64,000 bases of DNA from an uncultured virus (IMG/VR IMGVR_UViG_3300025773_000001) (lineage: Duplodnaviria; Heunggongvirae; Uroviricota; Caudoviricetes). The notes below the pieces were generated by a model. It made no database searches and was not told the origin of the DNA. It saw nothing but the letters and a program-made list of their open reading frames with translations. The stretch lies in IMG/VR virus record IMGVR_UViG_3300025773_000001; one strand, given 5' to 3'. The translations under genes and the position numbers were made by a program. Position 1 is the first letter of the stretch. Each line of letters opens with the position of its first letter. This document shows positions 37,691 to 46,829 of this stretch, in pieces.

Positions 37691-38818
37691 TTACTTGGTG
37701 CTGAAGTAGATCTTGTGTGCGCTGAGCATCTTACCGAACTCAGTCAACGTAGCGTAGATAGCCACACGCTGAGACTGCGCCACCGTATTCACAAAGATCG
37801 ACTGCATCTCTGCCTTCATGCGCCACACATACTTGACAACTTGCTCGGCATCCTCACGCTTATCGACACGTGATACGAATTGGAACACTTGCACAAGCTG
37901 TGCAGTAGGATTGTCAGACAGCGGTGCGTTGTCAGGGTCAGCGAGCACACGATCAAGCGAACAGATGTCACGTCCGAAACGAATGAATGAACTTAAAGCC
38001 TCAGCAGTGGTAGCACCAACAGTACCCACAAGAGCACATTCAAGAGTATCATCGTCCAAAACCCCATCGCCTGCATTGAGAATATCACTAGCCGACACGA
38101 GGCTTCGAGGAGTAGCATAGGCAACAGCAGTGCTACGTGGATTAAAAATATAACCATTGTCTTTCGAGAGATCTTTGCCTTCATACTTACCGCCTTTCTC
38201 ATAGTCAAGGAATGAATCGAACACCATTGGGAAGTTGTGACAGAACGCAAGCACGTTAGCGTTGACACCTGAGTTAACTGCATAGTCATTGATCCACTCG
38301 TCCACTGTAGGCTTACGCATCTTGACGAACGTCAAACGATTACGCAAGTGCGCCTGTATCGAATCACCTAAGCCCTCGACTGCAAGATTGGTGAAGCACA
38401 CAACCACACTACCCTCGGGCAAATGATAGTTACCAACACGTCTCTCGTAGATGATCGGTGCGAGTACGTTCTTAATAAACTGCGGTGCCTTGGCAATCTC
38501 ATCGAGCGCAATTAGTATCGGCTTGCTACCGTTGATACCCTTCTGATTGGTCTTGTTGACACCGAAGCGCTCATTGGGTAACTCACGTGACACACCATGC
38601 TCACGATCAAGGTCAGGCATCCACACGCTACCGTCAGATAGTTGTGTGCAATCAATAGGATCGACTGCGATGTGATTGGCAAACTGTGGCATAGACTTGA
38701 TGGCATGAAAGAGCGCGGTCTTACCGATACCATTCTCACCCTCGACAATAACTGTACGCTTGTGTCCGACAGTTGCTACTAACGATTGCACTTGTTTGAA
38801 AGATAAAAAGTTTCTCAT
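37691..38818 (-). CDS. MoxR-like AAA+ ATPase
   Basis: GENGIGKT, IALDEI, LRNR arginine finger and TPRS motifs. Confidence 0.85.
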   Translation of the reverse strand: MRNFLSFKQVQSLVATVGHKRTVIVEGENGIGKTALFHAIKSMPQFANHIAVDPIDCTQLSDGSVWMPDLDREHGVSRELPNERFGVNKTNQKGINGSKPILIALDEIAKAPQFIKNVLAPIIYERRVGNYHLPEGSVVVCFTNLAVEGLGDSIQAHLRNRLTFVKMRKPTVDEWINDYAVNSGVNANVLAFCHNFPMVFDSFLDYEKGGKYEGKDLSKDNGYIFNPRSTAVAYATPRSLVSASDILNAGDGVLDDDTLECALVGTVGATTAEALSSFIRFGRDICSLDRVLADPDNAPLSDNPTAQLVQVFQFVSRVDKREDAEQVVKYVWRMKAEMQSIFVNTVAQSQRVAIYATLTEFGKMLSAHKIYFSTK

Positions 38819-38877
38819 TGCTAACTCCTATAAAGATAATGAATGGTGGCACATATGTGCCACCGCTAAGGGAACTC

Positions 38878-38917
38878 TAGTATATCATGGATTGTCAATC
38901 CTTTTACAACTTGTCAA
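38878..38917 (-). promoter_or_regulatory. possible extended -10 promoter upstream of the AAA operon
   Basis: Minus strand TG-A-TATACT; two TTGACA hexamers upstream at non-canonical spacing. Confidence 0.4.
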
Positions 38918-38922
38918 ACTCC

Positions 38923-39876
38923 TTAATAAAAATTATTGGTATAGGGGAAATCCCCTGGTTTGCAGAACTTAGGTATTAGTTTCTTCCCACTAACACGTTT
39001 GCCTATGATGCGTACCAAACGGTCGAGCAACGCCTTCTCTAGTTGCTTCTCTGTCACTAGCTCGTTGTTGGTAGTCAGCATCTCAAGTTGATGATCACGA
39101 GAAAATTTGCGAGTCTGCCAACCTAGCTTGTCGTGTATGCGCCTACTCATCATGCTGTCATACACTAGCTGTGCGCTGTCATGAATGATCGTGTTGACCG
39201 CCATGTCTCGTATCGCATCGGAGTCAGGACAATTAAAGAAGTCACGCATATTTTCACGCTCACCATACGATACCGTTGAGCCCTGACCAAACGGGATGCC
39301 CTTGTTGTGGTCGTACAGGAAATTGTCTAGGTACTCAGATAACCTGAACATGCACACAGTTACGAACGGTCTAAAGAAGTCACGCACCGCTTTGTTACGC
39401 ATCTTGTCCTCGTCTGTTGATACGCTACGGTACAACTGCATGTGTGTCGAGCGATCAACGATGAGCCTGTTGCGGTTATCGAATAGTAATTGAGTGTCCC
39501 TTAAATCACCACGTATAGGCACGAGCGCAACCTCCGATGTACTTGTTGCGAACGCTTGATCGAACCCGACGTTCACCACGTAATACATAAACTGTTTACT
39601 CGTCACGCTACTGTGGTATGAGTATTGGCGTAACTCATTACCGTCCGCATCGGGTTGACTAAACCTAGCCATGACTTGATGATATAAATGCAACTCATAG
39701 GCTTGATCTACCTTGACGATGCGGTAATGATGCTGACGTCTACCTGAAAGTGGGCGCTCGTTGTCCTCCCATATTTTCTTGGTGCGCCACTTGGGTAGCG
39801 CTGTGTTCTCAAAGAACACCTTTGCCTTGGCGTAGGTGTTAACTGATCCGATGTTTCTGATGTTGTTGCTAAACAT
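38923..39876 (-). CDS. early hypothetical protein
   Basis: 317 aa ORF with AGGAGG SD. Confidence 0.75.
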   Translation of the reverse strand: MFSNNIRNIGSVNTYAKAKVFFENTALPKWRTKKIWEDNERPLSGRRQHHYRIVKVDQAYELHLYHQVMARFSQPDADGNELRQYSYHSSVTSKQFMYYVVNVGFDQAFATSTSEVALVPIRGDLRDTQLLFDNRNRLIVDRSTHMQLYRSVSTDEDKMRNKAVRDFFRPFVTVCMFRLSEYLDNFLYDHNKGIPFGQGSTVSYGERENMRDFFNCPDSDAIRDMAVNTIIHDSAQLVYDSMMSRRIHDKLGWQTRKFSRDHQLEMLTTNNELVTEKQLEKALLDRLVRIIGKRVSGKKLIPKFCKPGDFPYTNNFY

Positions 39877-39888
39877 AATTACCTCCTG

Positions 39889-40284
39889 TTAAAAATTTGT
39901 GATGAGTGTGTGAACTGTGTAGATGTATTCATCTAACGAATAGGTGTCATCGCCACCTTCGTGTGCATCTTCTTGACCGTCCTCACCAACAGCCATGATG
40001 CGCCATGATGCCTCGAATGTTTCCTCCGCATACTTACATAGATCGTAGTGGCATTTCACATCGTCATAGCTTTCGTACCACTTAACGTCGTTATATCCAA
40101 AAGTCATGATCGGATCTTCTTTGTGCGGTGCTTCGTCCGTATCCCACGTCCACTCAGCAAATCCTTCATCACTAAAGTTTTTTGCTATGAGTCCACCATG
40201 CGCCTTCGCAAGCACAACGAACCGTTCTCTATCCTCAATGGATTTGAATTTGATAATCCCTGCTACATCTGATCTGTATCCCAT
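39889..40284 (-). CDS. acidic early hypothetical protein
   Basis: MGYRSDV...VKWYESY...VGED. Confidence 0.7.
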   Translation of the reverse strand: MGYRSDVAGIIKFKSIEDRERFVVLAKAHGGLIAKNFSDEGFAEWTWDTDEAPHKEDPIMTFGYNDVKWYESYDDVKCHYDLCKYAEETFEASWRIMAVGEDGQEDAHEGGDDTYSLDEYIYTVHTLITNF

Positions 40285-40285
40285 G

Positions 40286-40699
40286 TTATACCTCCGTAGT
40301 TATAGTGCCACCAGTTATGACGAACTTGGTGTCGTTAAGTTTCTCTGTGATAGCGTCATCTAACACCTCGTCTATTTTCTCTGTGATAGCGTCATCTAAC
40401 ACATCGTCTAGTCTGCTGTCTACTCTTTCGTCCACGATCTCGCCACATGCACTACTGAAGTCATATTCATCCATTGCCTCATGTGCCACCTCAATTATGT
40501 CGCTACGTTCATGGTGCGAGTGTTCCGCTTCATGCAAGTTGACCTCGTGTTTGGCTATCTTAGAAATCTTGTCATAAAGCTCCTCGTTAATTGTGTTGAG
40601 TGTTGCGTGGTTTGCGAGTATCTCAGACACACGTTTATCGACCACCGTATTGATATGAGTGTCGATGTCTTTAAAGATTGCAAGTAAAAGTTCATTCAT
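40286..40699 (-). CDS. acidic helical early protein with tandem duplication
   Basis: VLDDAITEK occurs twice. Confidence 0.7.
   Translation of the reverse strand: MNELLLAIFKDIDTHINTVVDKRVSEILANHATLNTINEELYDKISKIAKHEVNLHEAEHSHHERSDIIEVAHEAMDEYDFSSACGEIVDERVDSRLDDVLDDAITEKIDEVLDDAITEKLNDTKFVITGGTITTEV
40340..40402. repeat. 27-bp direct repeat, 36-bp period
   Basis: TTTCTCTGTGATAGCGTCATCTAACAC at 40340 and 40376. Confidence 0.9.
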
Positions 40700-40740
40700 A
40701 GTTTTTCTCCTGAAAAGCGGGGTTAATTTTCACCCCAGTT

Positions 40741-40769
40741 AAAAAAGCGTAGGGGAAATCCCCCCACGC
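40741..40769 (-). terminator. intrinsic terminator-like hairpin
   Basis: Minus strand GCGTGGGGGGATTTCCCCTACGC followed by T6. Confidence 0.6.
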
Positions 40770-40886
40770 CACAAAAAGCTGACACCCGTCAGAGACGAGT
40801 CCATACCCATACAAAAAATGTAACGACAAAAATAATGGCAAACGCTAGGTTGACTAGCGCATGCAAGATACGTTCTTTAAATGGGT

Positions 40887-41051
40887 TCATTTAGTTTCTC
40901 CTTTGGTTTTTATTAGTGACTTGATGTTATCCATCTGTTCACATATGTCTTTCCACTCTTGGTCATACGCAGGGTTTTCTTCTTCCTCGGGTATGCAGTC
41001 CTCCCGATAACACTCCAACGCTTTCCAAATAATTCTTAAATCAATATTCAT
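40887..41051 (-). CDS. small hypothetical protein (54 aa, not in ORF track)
   Basis: MNIDLRIIWKALECYREDCIPE...YDQEWKDICEQM; GGAGG SD. Confidence 0.6.
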   Translation of the reverse strand: MNIDLRIIWKALECYREDCIPEEEENPAYDQEWKDICEQMDNIKSLIKTKGETK

Positions 41052-41401
41052 ACATCCTCCTTATAGGTAAATAGTTCTACTAACTTAACACTCGCTTCCT
41101 CGATCACGTTTTCCTTTAGGTCAGCGTAGTAATCGTTGTCCTTCACAAAATCTAGGGGATCAGCGTACAGACAGCCACCGATAATCTCATAGGCAAGTTC
41201 AATACCACACTTGTGCGCCTCCACTTTAGCCACGAACCACGTCATCTCCCCTCGGTTGATCTTGGTTGCTATCTCCTTTATTTGGTCATCCGAGTCATCG
41301 GGGTAATGGTCACGAAGCGAATCGTTCTCATACGTCCACGAAAAGTAAATATCAAACTGCCCACATTTTTCGTGGTGCACTCTTTCCCATGTATCACTCA
41401 T
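41048..41401 (-). CDS. early hypothetical protein
   Basis: Start moved to MSDTW after an AAGGAG SD; contains IGGCLY. Confidence 0.7.
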   Translation of the reverse strand: MSDTWERVHHEKCGQFDIYFSWTYENDSLRDHYPDDSDDQIKEIATKINRGEMTWFVAKVEAHKCGIELAYEIIGGCLYADPLDFVKDNDYYADLKENVIEEASVKLVELFTYKEDV

Positions 41402-41448
41402 TGCTTTCTCCTTTAAAAAAGTGGGGTTACGATTAACCCCAGTTACTA

Positions 41449-41664
41449 TCACAGATCTGTCCAAGGCGTGTTGTCTGGCGTTTGATCCATGACATACCGC
41501 TTGGGTTTATTGTTTGCTTTGTAGTTCGGGCGTTCCCAATTCCCAAAGAGTTGAGCAAACGCCATCTCTGTCACTTGCTTTATCTTCAGGTTGTGCATCA
41601 CCGCATAGGCGTAGATGTCGTTATGTAAACGCTCCGTAATGTTTAATGATTTAGCTTTAGCCAT
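41449..41664 (-). CDS. ribbon-helix-helix-like small protein
   Basis: KSLNITERLH...KIKQVTE pattern. Confidence 0.5.
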   Translation of the reverse strand: MAKAKSLNITERLHNDIYAYAVMHNLKIKQVTEMAFAQLFGNWERPNYKANNKPKRYVMDQTPDNTPWTDL

Positions 41665-42301
41665 TTAGTTTCCCCTTTAAAATTTCGTTAACACTAATAA
41701 ACCCTCGCTCACTCTGTGGTACTGCAACCCATGCGTCTCGCATAGATCGCAAATGGGTCTGACTGAACGCCTCTCGCCAGTCCTCATAGGGTATATCCCT
41801 ATCCCCCTCATCCTTACGATACGCCATCGTGTCCCTGACATCTTCAAGTATTGCTAAACACGTTATGCAATACTCAGTTAAATGCGGGCGGTTAGATATT
41901 CTTTTTAGCGTAGTGTTTAGCTTTCTAATCTCGGCACGTACGGGTTTGAGTAGTTCGCCCCATCTTTGGGCGAACAGTTTGTTCCATGTTTTCTTACGCA
42001 CACGTGAGAGCCTTTGCTTTTTACGCTCGGCGCGATAGCGCAAATGTGCCTCTGCTATCGCGGGTTTAATCGCCCCGTCAATCACCATCTCCTCAATCTG
42101 ACGGTAAGATTTTTTTATCAATGGCTTTGGTTTGGGTCTGCACTCGTGACAGTATTTAGATACCGCATCAAGGCGGTAATTACCGATGTGCCCTCGTGCT
42201 ATTGTCTGTGCATAGGTCAGCTTATATTTATAACTTTTAATTGGTTTGCTTAGCGCACACTTGGCGCAGGTCTTGTGTGTGAGGTGGGTATCGTTTGACA
42301 A
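41657..42301 (-). CDS. basic Zn-finger-like protein
   Basis: CAKC and CHEC pairs; TTG start after an AGGAG SD. Confidence 0.65.
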   Translation of the reverse strand: MSNDTHLTHKTCAKCALSKPIKSYKYKLTYAQTIARGHIGNYRLDAVSKYCHECRPKPKPLIKKSYRQIEEMVIDGAIKPAIAEAHLRYRAERKKQRLSRVRKKTWNKLFAQRWGELLKPVRAEIRKLNTTLKRISNRPHLTEYCITCLAILEDVRDTMAYRKDEGDRDIPYEDWREAFSQTHLRSMRDAWVAVPQSERGFISVNEILKGKLNG

Positions 42302-42336
42302 AATACGCTCCTAAATTTAATTGTTAAGTACACGAA

Positions 42337-42365
42337 ATTATAACTGTGTCCGACACTTGTCGCAA
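42337..42365 (-). promoter_or_regulatory. sigma70-type promoter
   Basis: Minus strand TTGCGA-17 nt-TATAAT; the spacer contains the inverted repeat GTGTC-N-GACAC. Confidence 0.7.
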
Positions 42366-42666
42366 CTAGGGATTCTACTGTGCTTGTCGTATGCCCCGTA
42401 AACACTAGCCTTGCGCCAAGTTAAGTTCGTTTTAAGCCCGAAAAAAATAAAGTGAAGGGGGGGTAGCCGAAGCCGAGCTTTCGAGGGTGTGTCCACTTAT
42501 GCACGCCCATATATATATATATCTAATCTCTATTATTATTATATAGTGTGTTTAGTTCTGGACACCGCCAGTATTCATGCGGGTTCTGAGCGACACGGTA
42601 GTTTTTACGCATGATAAGCATGGTGGGTAAGCTGTCCAATGACTATTTGGCAACGTGTTTGGGAGA

Positions 42667-42690
42667 ACTGGGGTTAAATGTAACCCCAGT
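42667..42690. repeat. perfect 10-bp inverted repeat, best copy of a dispersed palindrome family
   Basis: ACTGGGGTTA-AATG-TAACCCCAGT; related copies at 40719, 41423 and 43845. Confidence 0.8.
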
Positions 42691-43283
42691 CGTTGAAGTG
42701 CCTTCAGAACAAGGGCTTTTGCCCTTGTCGTAGTGTTTGACGGCGAGCCGTCTCCTCTATACGTTCTCGCCATGCTTTGAGGTATTGTTCCCTTGCATAT
42801 GGTGTGAGAGTTTCTAGGTATTGTTGTTGCCGTAGGGCTACGGCTTTGCTGAACCATTCAGGTGCACTCATGTTATCTGCTCCCTTTGATTGGTAGTACG
42901 CCATTGTTACGCATGATAGTCTTGAAGTCCTCATCTTGTATGCGCTCTCTGATTTCACGCCGAGTCTCGGCTTTGTTGCGGATAGTCTCTTTGGCTTTGC
43001 GTGCCCATGTACGGTCTTTGATTGTGTATGATTTGCTCATGATGATCTCCTTAGATTGTTCTGGTTACGATGTAGGTAAGTGCGTCAATACCGTAGCGGT
43101 GCAGTAGATATTCGGTAACATCTCCGCTCGGCATAGGCACAACGGTTACTAGCGTGGTATCTAGCTCTGGTATGTATCGGGTAATTTCAAGCATGTTCAC
43201 TCCTTAAAGTTTGTAGTAAGTTGCGATTAAGATTAGCCCGCCCACAATGTAGATGGCGGTGGTTATAAAGAAAGTTTTCAAGG

Positions 43284-43514
43284 TTATCTCGCAATGCTAA
43301 GTTCTAGTAACTGGGTCTCGGTCTTACTCTCTAAGTATTCGACCATGCTTTTCTTGGATGTCCAACAATTAATTTCGGTGTTTAAGTGGTTGAACAACAC
43401 CCAATGTTTGTCAAAGCCGTACAGTTTAAAACCTACGGCTCCAATGGGGTGTGATGGTGTTTTAAAGATGACGAAATACTCGCCTCGATTGAAGCGTTTG
43501 ACGGTTGCTTTCAT
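43284..43514 (-). CDS. early hypothetical protein
   Basis: 76 aa with GGAGA SD. Confidence 0.6.
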   Translation of the reverse strand: MKATVKRFNRGEYFVIFKTPSHPIGAVGFKLYGFDKHWVLFNHLNTEINCWTSKKSMVEYLESKTETQLLELSIAR

Positions 43515-43516
43515 GG

Positions 43517-43774
43517 TTATTCTCCAAAGGTTACGAATACAACGTGGGCAATACCACGTGGATAGATTGCGAGCATGTCACCGTACACATCGACTCGGCA
43601 CGTTACGCCCGTGAGGTTCGCCCACTTTTTAGCTATCTGAACGATAGACCGATCAGATCTCGGCTTTCCGTCCTTAGTTGCAGGGAGCACTCGGGATTCT
43701 CGGCGTACCCAAGAATAGTTCGCTTCACCGCCGTATGTGTCAGTATGTTCTAGGTTGATTTTTAGATTGTTCAT
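43517..43774 (-). CDS. early hypothetical protein
   Basis: TDTYGGEANYSWVRR motif; start MNNLK after an AGGAG SD. Confidence 0.7.
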   Translation of the reverse strand: MNNLKINLEHTDTYGGEANYSWVRRESRVLPATKDGKPRSDRSIVQIAKKWANLTGVTCRVDVYGDMLAIYPRGIAHVVFVTFGE

Positions 43775-43857
43775 GGTTGATTCTCCTGGTTGACAATAAA
43801 AGGAACAGCGCAAAGACACCTCGCCCTTGCGCCCTCGGGAAAAACTCGGGTTAATTT

Positions 43858-44217
43858 TCACCCCAGTGCTTTCAAGAAACGGCGTTGCTCAGATGCACTC
43901 AACGCATTGAATTTCTTGAGTAACAACGCAACCTCATCGGTCTTGGCACGAACACCGCCAGTCTTGGGTTGCTCAAAGATTACACGAAGGACGTATTTCA
44001 CAGCGTTATAGGCGGGCGTGTCCTTCTCGAATGTCATCCCTCCGCGTTGTCCCTCATGGGCTTGTACGTTGAAACGACCCTCCGCCCACTTGATAGCATG
44101 GGGCTTTGCTTCCTCCTTAGTGGTAATACCATGCTCGCCGAGTAGGGCGAACAGCTCGGCTTGATTATCAAATGCACGATCAAAGATAGTAGAGATAGAT
44201 GTAGTTGCTTTAGTCAT
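43858..44217 (-). CDS. first early gene, hypothetical
   Basis: 119 aa with GGAGG SD. Confidence 0.7.
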   Translation of the reverse strand: MTKATTSISTIFDRAFDNQAELFALLGEHGITTKEEAKPHAIKWAEGRFNVQAHEGQRGGMTFEKDTPAYNAVKYVLRVIFEQPKTGGVRAKTDEVALLLKKFNALSASEQRRFLKALG

Positions 44218-44313
44218 AGTTGACCTCCAAATGAATCGGTAGAGACTGAATGACTCCTTAAACCGATGACTCTATTGTATCCCAACGTGCTACCAAATAC
44301 CCTTGACATGAGC

Positions 44314-44326
44314 TAAGTCGTTGATT
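44314..44326 (-). promoter_or_regulatory. IHF consensus site
   Basis: Minus strand AATCAACGACTTA matches WATCAANNNNTTR; lies in the divergent intergenic region. Confidence 0.5.
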
Positions 44327-44629
44327 TTAAAGGGTTTTTTCTATCCTTGGTGTAATCTATATCAAGGGCTTTGCTAGGGCTTTGAGGTACGTTTTACCCC
44401 AGAAAACGGCGTTTTCGGCGTATTTTGCCGTATCCGTCAACCCCACCGTACCCCCAGAGCCCCTTTCATGGTGACCATGCCACCCTCCGCGACAACACTG
44501 TTTGTGAGGCGCAAATCAATATTCTGTAATACTTAAGTACCTAACCCAAAAATTTTTTAAAAAATTCCAAAAAAATACCCCAGACTAGCTGGGGTAAAAG
44601 TGATCCGAAGATCAAGGAGAAGCAAACGC

Positions 44630-44659
44630 TTGCGCGATTACTCAAAAGTATTATATACT
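44630..44659 (+). promoter_or_regulatory. possible sigma70-type promoter for the terminase operon
   Basis: TTGCGC-18 nt-TATACT. Confidence 0.4.
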
Positions 44660-44690
44660 CGGCACATCGAAAGTTTTTAGGACTTCGCAA

Positions 44691-45311
44691 ATGTTTGAAG
44701 ATTTGGTGCAATTTGAGCCCGACATCACCAAGTCGGGGTTTACTGAGCTGGACGCTGTGTCAGCCCAGCAGGTGCTCGACGCCCAAGTAAAAACAATAGA
44801 CTGGTTAGCTGAACTTGGCGCTACACTGGACGACGAAATAGATGAGGCCCACGAAACCGCGTCTGCCAGAAAAACATTTCAAAAATTAATTACAACTACC
44901 GACGAACACGCTTCCAAAGAAGCACTTGTTTCTATTAAGACTCCCGAAGCCGTACGCCATTTAACTGGTATGTTGACCGCTTATGATTGGGAGTTTATTG
45001 AACAAGCTAAGCAATTACGGGGTTATACCGTTGCCAAAATCGTCGAAGAAACCAAGAATTCTAACGCAAATATTAGACTAAAAGCACTCACTTTGCTGGG
45101 AAAAGTTACTGAAGTTGGTTTGTTTACAGAAAAAATCGAGATCAAAAAGGACGAATTATCCGACGCTGAACTCGAAATGCGTATCAAAGAAAAGCTCAAT
45201 CGCTTCATGGGGGTGGTTGATGTTGTTGATATTGAACAAGCACCGGATACTTTAATCGTAGAAACAACCAGCGCCAAGTATGAACTTACAGAACCTGACA
45301 ACGCTCAGTAA
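44691..45311 (+). CDS. terS: terminase small subunit (putative)
   Basis: RLKALTLLGK..VGLFTEK motif; directly upstream of the large subunit. Confidence 0.65.
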   Translation: MFEDLVQFEPDITKSGFTELDAVSAQQVLDAQVKTIDWLAELGATLDDEIDEAHETASARKTFQKLITTTDEHASKEALVSIKTPEAVRHLTGMLTAYDWEFIEQAKQLRGYTVAKIVEETKNSNANIRLKALTLLGKVTEVGLFTEKIEIKKDELSDAELEMRIKEKLNRFMGVVDVVDIEQAPDTLIVETTSAKYELTEPDNAQ

Positions 45312-46821
45312 AATCGAGCTGCAGGCGCTGATGAAAGCACTGCCCAAGATGTCCTTGCAGGACAAAATGGAGCTATTTGAAGATTTAGAAGTACGAGAGC
45401 GCCGGGCAAGACTGGTATCTGCTGAGAAATCTATGCTTGGTTTTGCATCTGCGGTGTATCCGGGGTTCAAGATTGGACCGCACCACAAGAAACTGGCAAA
45501 GATCTTTACAGATGTGATTGAAGGTAAGAAACGGCGCGTCATTATCAACATTGCCCCACGTATGGGCAAGTCTGAGTTCAGTTCTTATCTGTTCCCCGCC
45601 TACTTTTTAGGTAAATTCCCTGACAAAAAAATTATCATGGGCACTCACACGGCGGGTTTGTCTGAGGATTTCGGGCGCCGGGTACGTAACTTGATTGAAT
45701 CGGAGGAGTACCATGAGATTTTCCCCGCCACAAATGTGGCTGACGACCAAAAAGCCGCTGGTAAGTGGTCTACTTCTGTTGGCGGACAGTATTATGCTGC
45801 TGGTGTTGGTGGCGCTCTTGCCGGTCGCGGTGCTGATTTGTTTGTTATTGATGATCCCCATTCCGAGCAAGACGTTAAAGCAAATTCAAGACTGGCTTTT
45901 GATACCGCATGGTCGTGGTTCCAGACAGGACCGCTTCAACGTTTGATGCCGGGGGGCGCGATCATTGTGATTATGACGCGTTGGTCGCTGCTTGACCTGA
46001 CGGGACGACTGTTGGACTACCAGATCAAGAATCCTGACTCACTGCCCTGGGAGTTGGTAGAGCTGCCTGCTATATTAAATGAGAATACGCCAGAGGAGAA
46101 GTCACTTTGGCCTGAACAGTGGAAGTTAGATGTTTTAAAAACAACAAAAGCGTCGATTGATCCCAAGTTTTGGAATGCGCAGTACATGCAGCAACCCACG
46201 ACGGACACATCAGCGATTGTGCCCAGAAAATCGTGGAAGATTTGGGATAAAGAAGACCCTCCGCAGTGTGAATACGTGATCCAGTCCTGGGATACGGCGT
46301 ATGAAACCAAGAATAGTTCTGACTATTCAGCATGCACAACATGGGGCGTGTTCTTTAACGAGTATGAAAAGATGCGCCCGCATATCATACTATTAGATGC
46401 GTTCAAGGATAGAATGGCGTTTCCGGATCTCAAACAAGCTGCACTTAAACACTACAAGAATTGGGAACCTGACGCGTTCATTGTGGAGAAAAAAGCTTCT
46501 GGAGCACCGCTGATACAGGAACTCAGAGCCATGGGTATCCATGTGCAAGAAACAAATCCAAGCCGAGGCAACGATAAGATGGTGCGGTTAAATGCCGTGT
46601 CTGACTTGTTTGCATCCGGCGTCGTGTGGGCACCAGACACACGCTGGGCTAGAGAAGTCATTGAGGAAATCGCAGTATTTCCAGTTGGTGAACACGATGA
46701 CTACGTGGATACGACCACGCAAGCGTTAATGAGATTTAGACAAGGCGGGTTTGTTCAACTTGACTCGGACGAACGCGACGACCCCATACATTTCAAGCGT
46801 AGACAACACGCGTATTATTAA
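45280..46821 (+). CDS. terL: terminase large subunit
   Basis: APRMGKS, IDDPH, MTRW, SWDTA...DYSA and HDDYVD motifs. Confidence 0.93.
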   Translation: MNLQNLTTLSKIELQALMKALPKMSLQDKMELFEDLEVRERRARLVSAEKSMLGFASAVYPGFKIGPHHKKLAKIFTDVIEGKKRRVIINIAPRMGKSEFSSYLFPAYFLGKFPDKKIIMGTHTAGLSEDFGRRVRNLIESEEYHEIFPATNVADDQKAAGKWSTSVGGQYYAAGVGGALAGRGADLFVIDDPHSEQDVKANSRLAFDTAWSWFQTGPLQRLMPGGAIIVIMTRWSLLDLTGRLLDYQIKNPDSLPWELVELPAILNENTPEEKSLWPEQWKLDVLKTTKASIDPKFWNAQYMQQPTTDTSAIVPRKSWKIWDKEDPPQCEYVIQSWDTAYETKNSSDYSACTTWGVFFNEYEKMRPHIILLDAFKDRMAFPDLKQAALKHYKNWEPDAFIVEKKASGAPLIQELRAMGIHVQETNPSRGNDKMVRLNAVSDLFASGVVWAPDTRWAREVIEEIAVFPVGEHDDYVDTTTQALMRFRQGGFVQLDSDERDDPIHFKRRQHAYY

Positions 46822-46829
46822 GGACAAAC

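Noticed and set aside
38761..38771. TGTGTCCGACA also present in the promoter spacer at 42345
   Set aside because: A single 11-mer inside a coding region is compatible with chance.
40719..43867. Palindromic repeats as a CRISPR array
   Set aside because: Copies are 0.7-1.2 kb apart with genes between them; there are no regular spacers and no cas operon.
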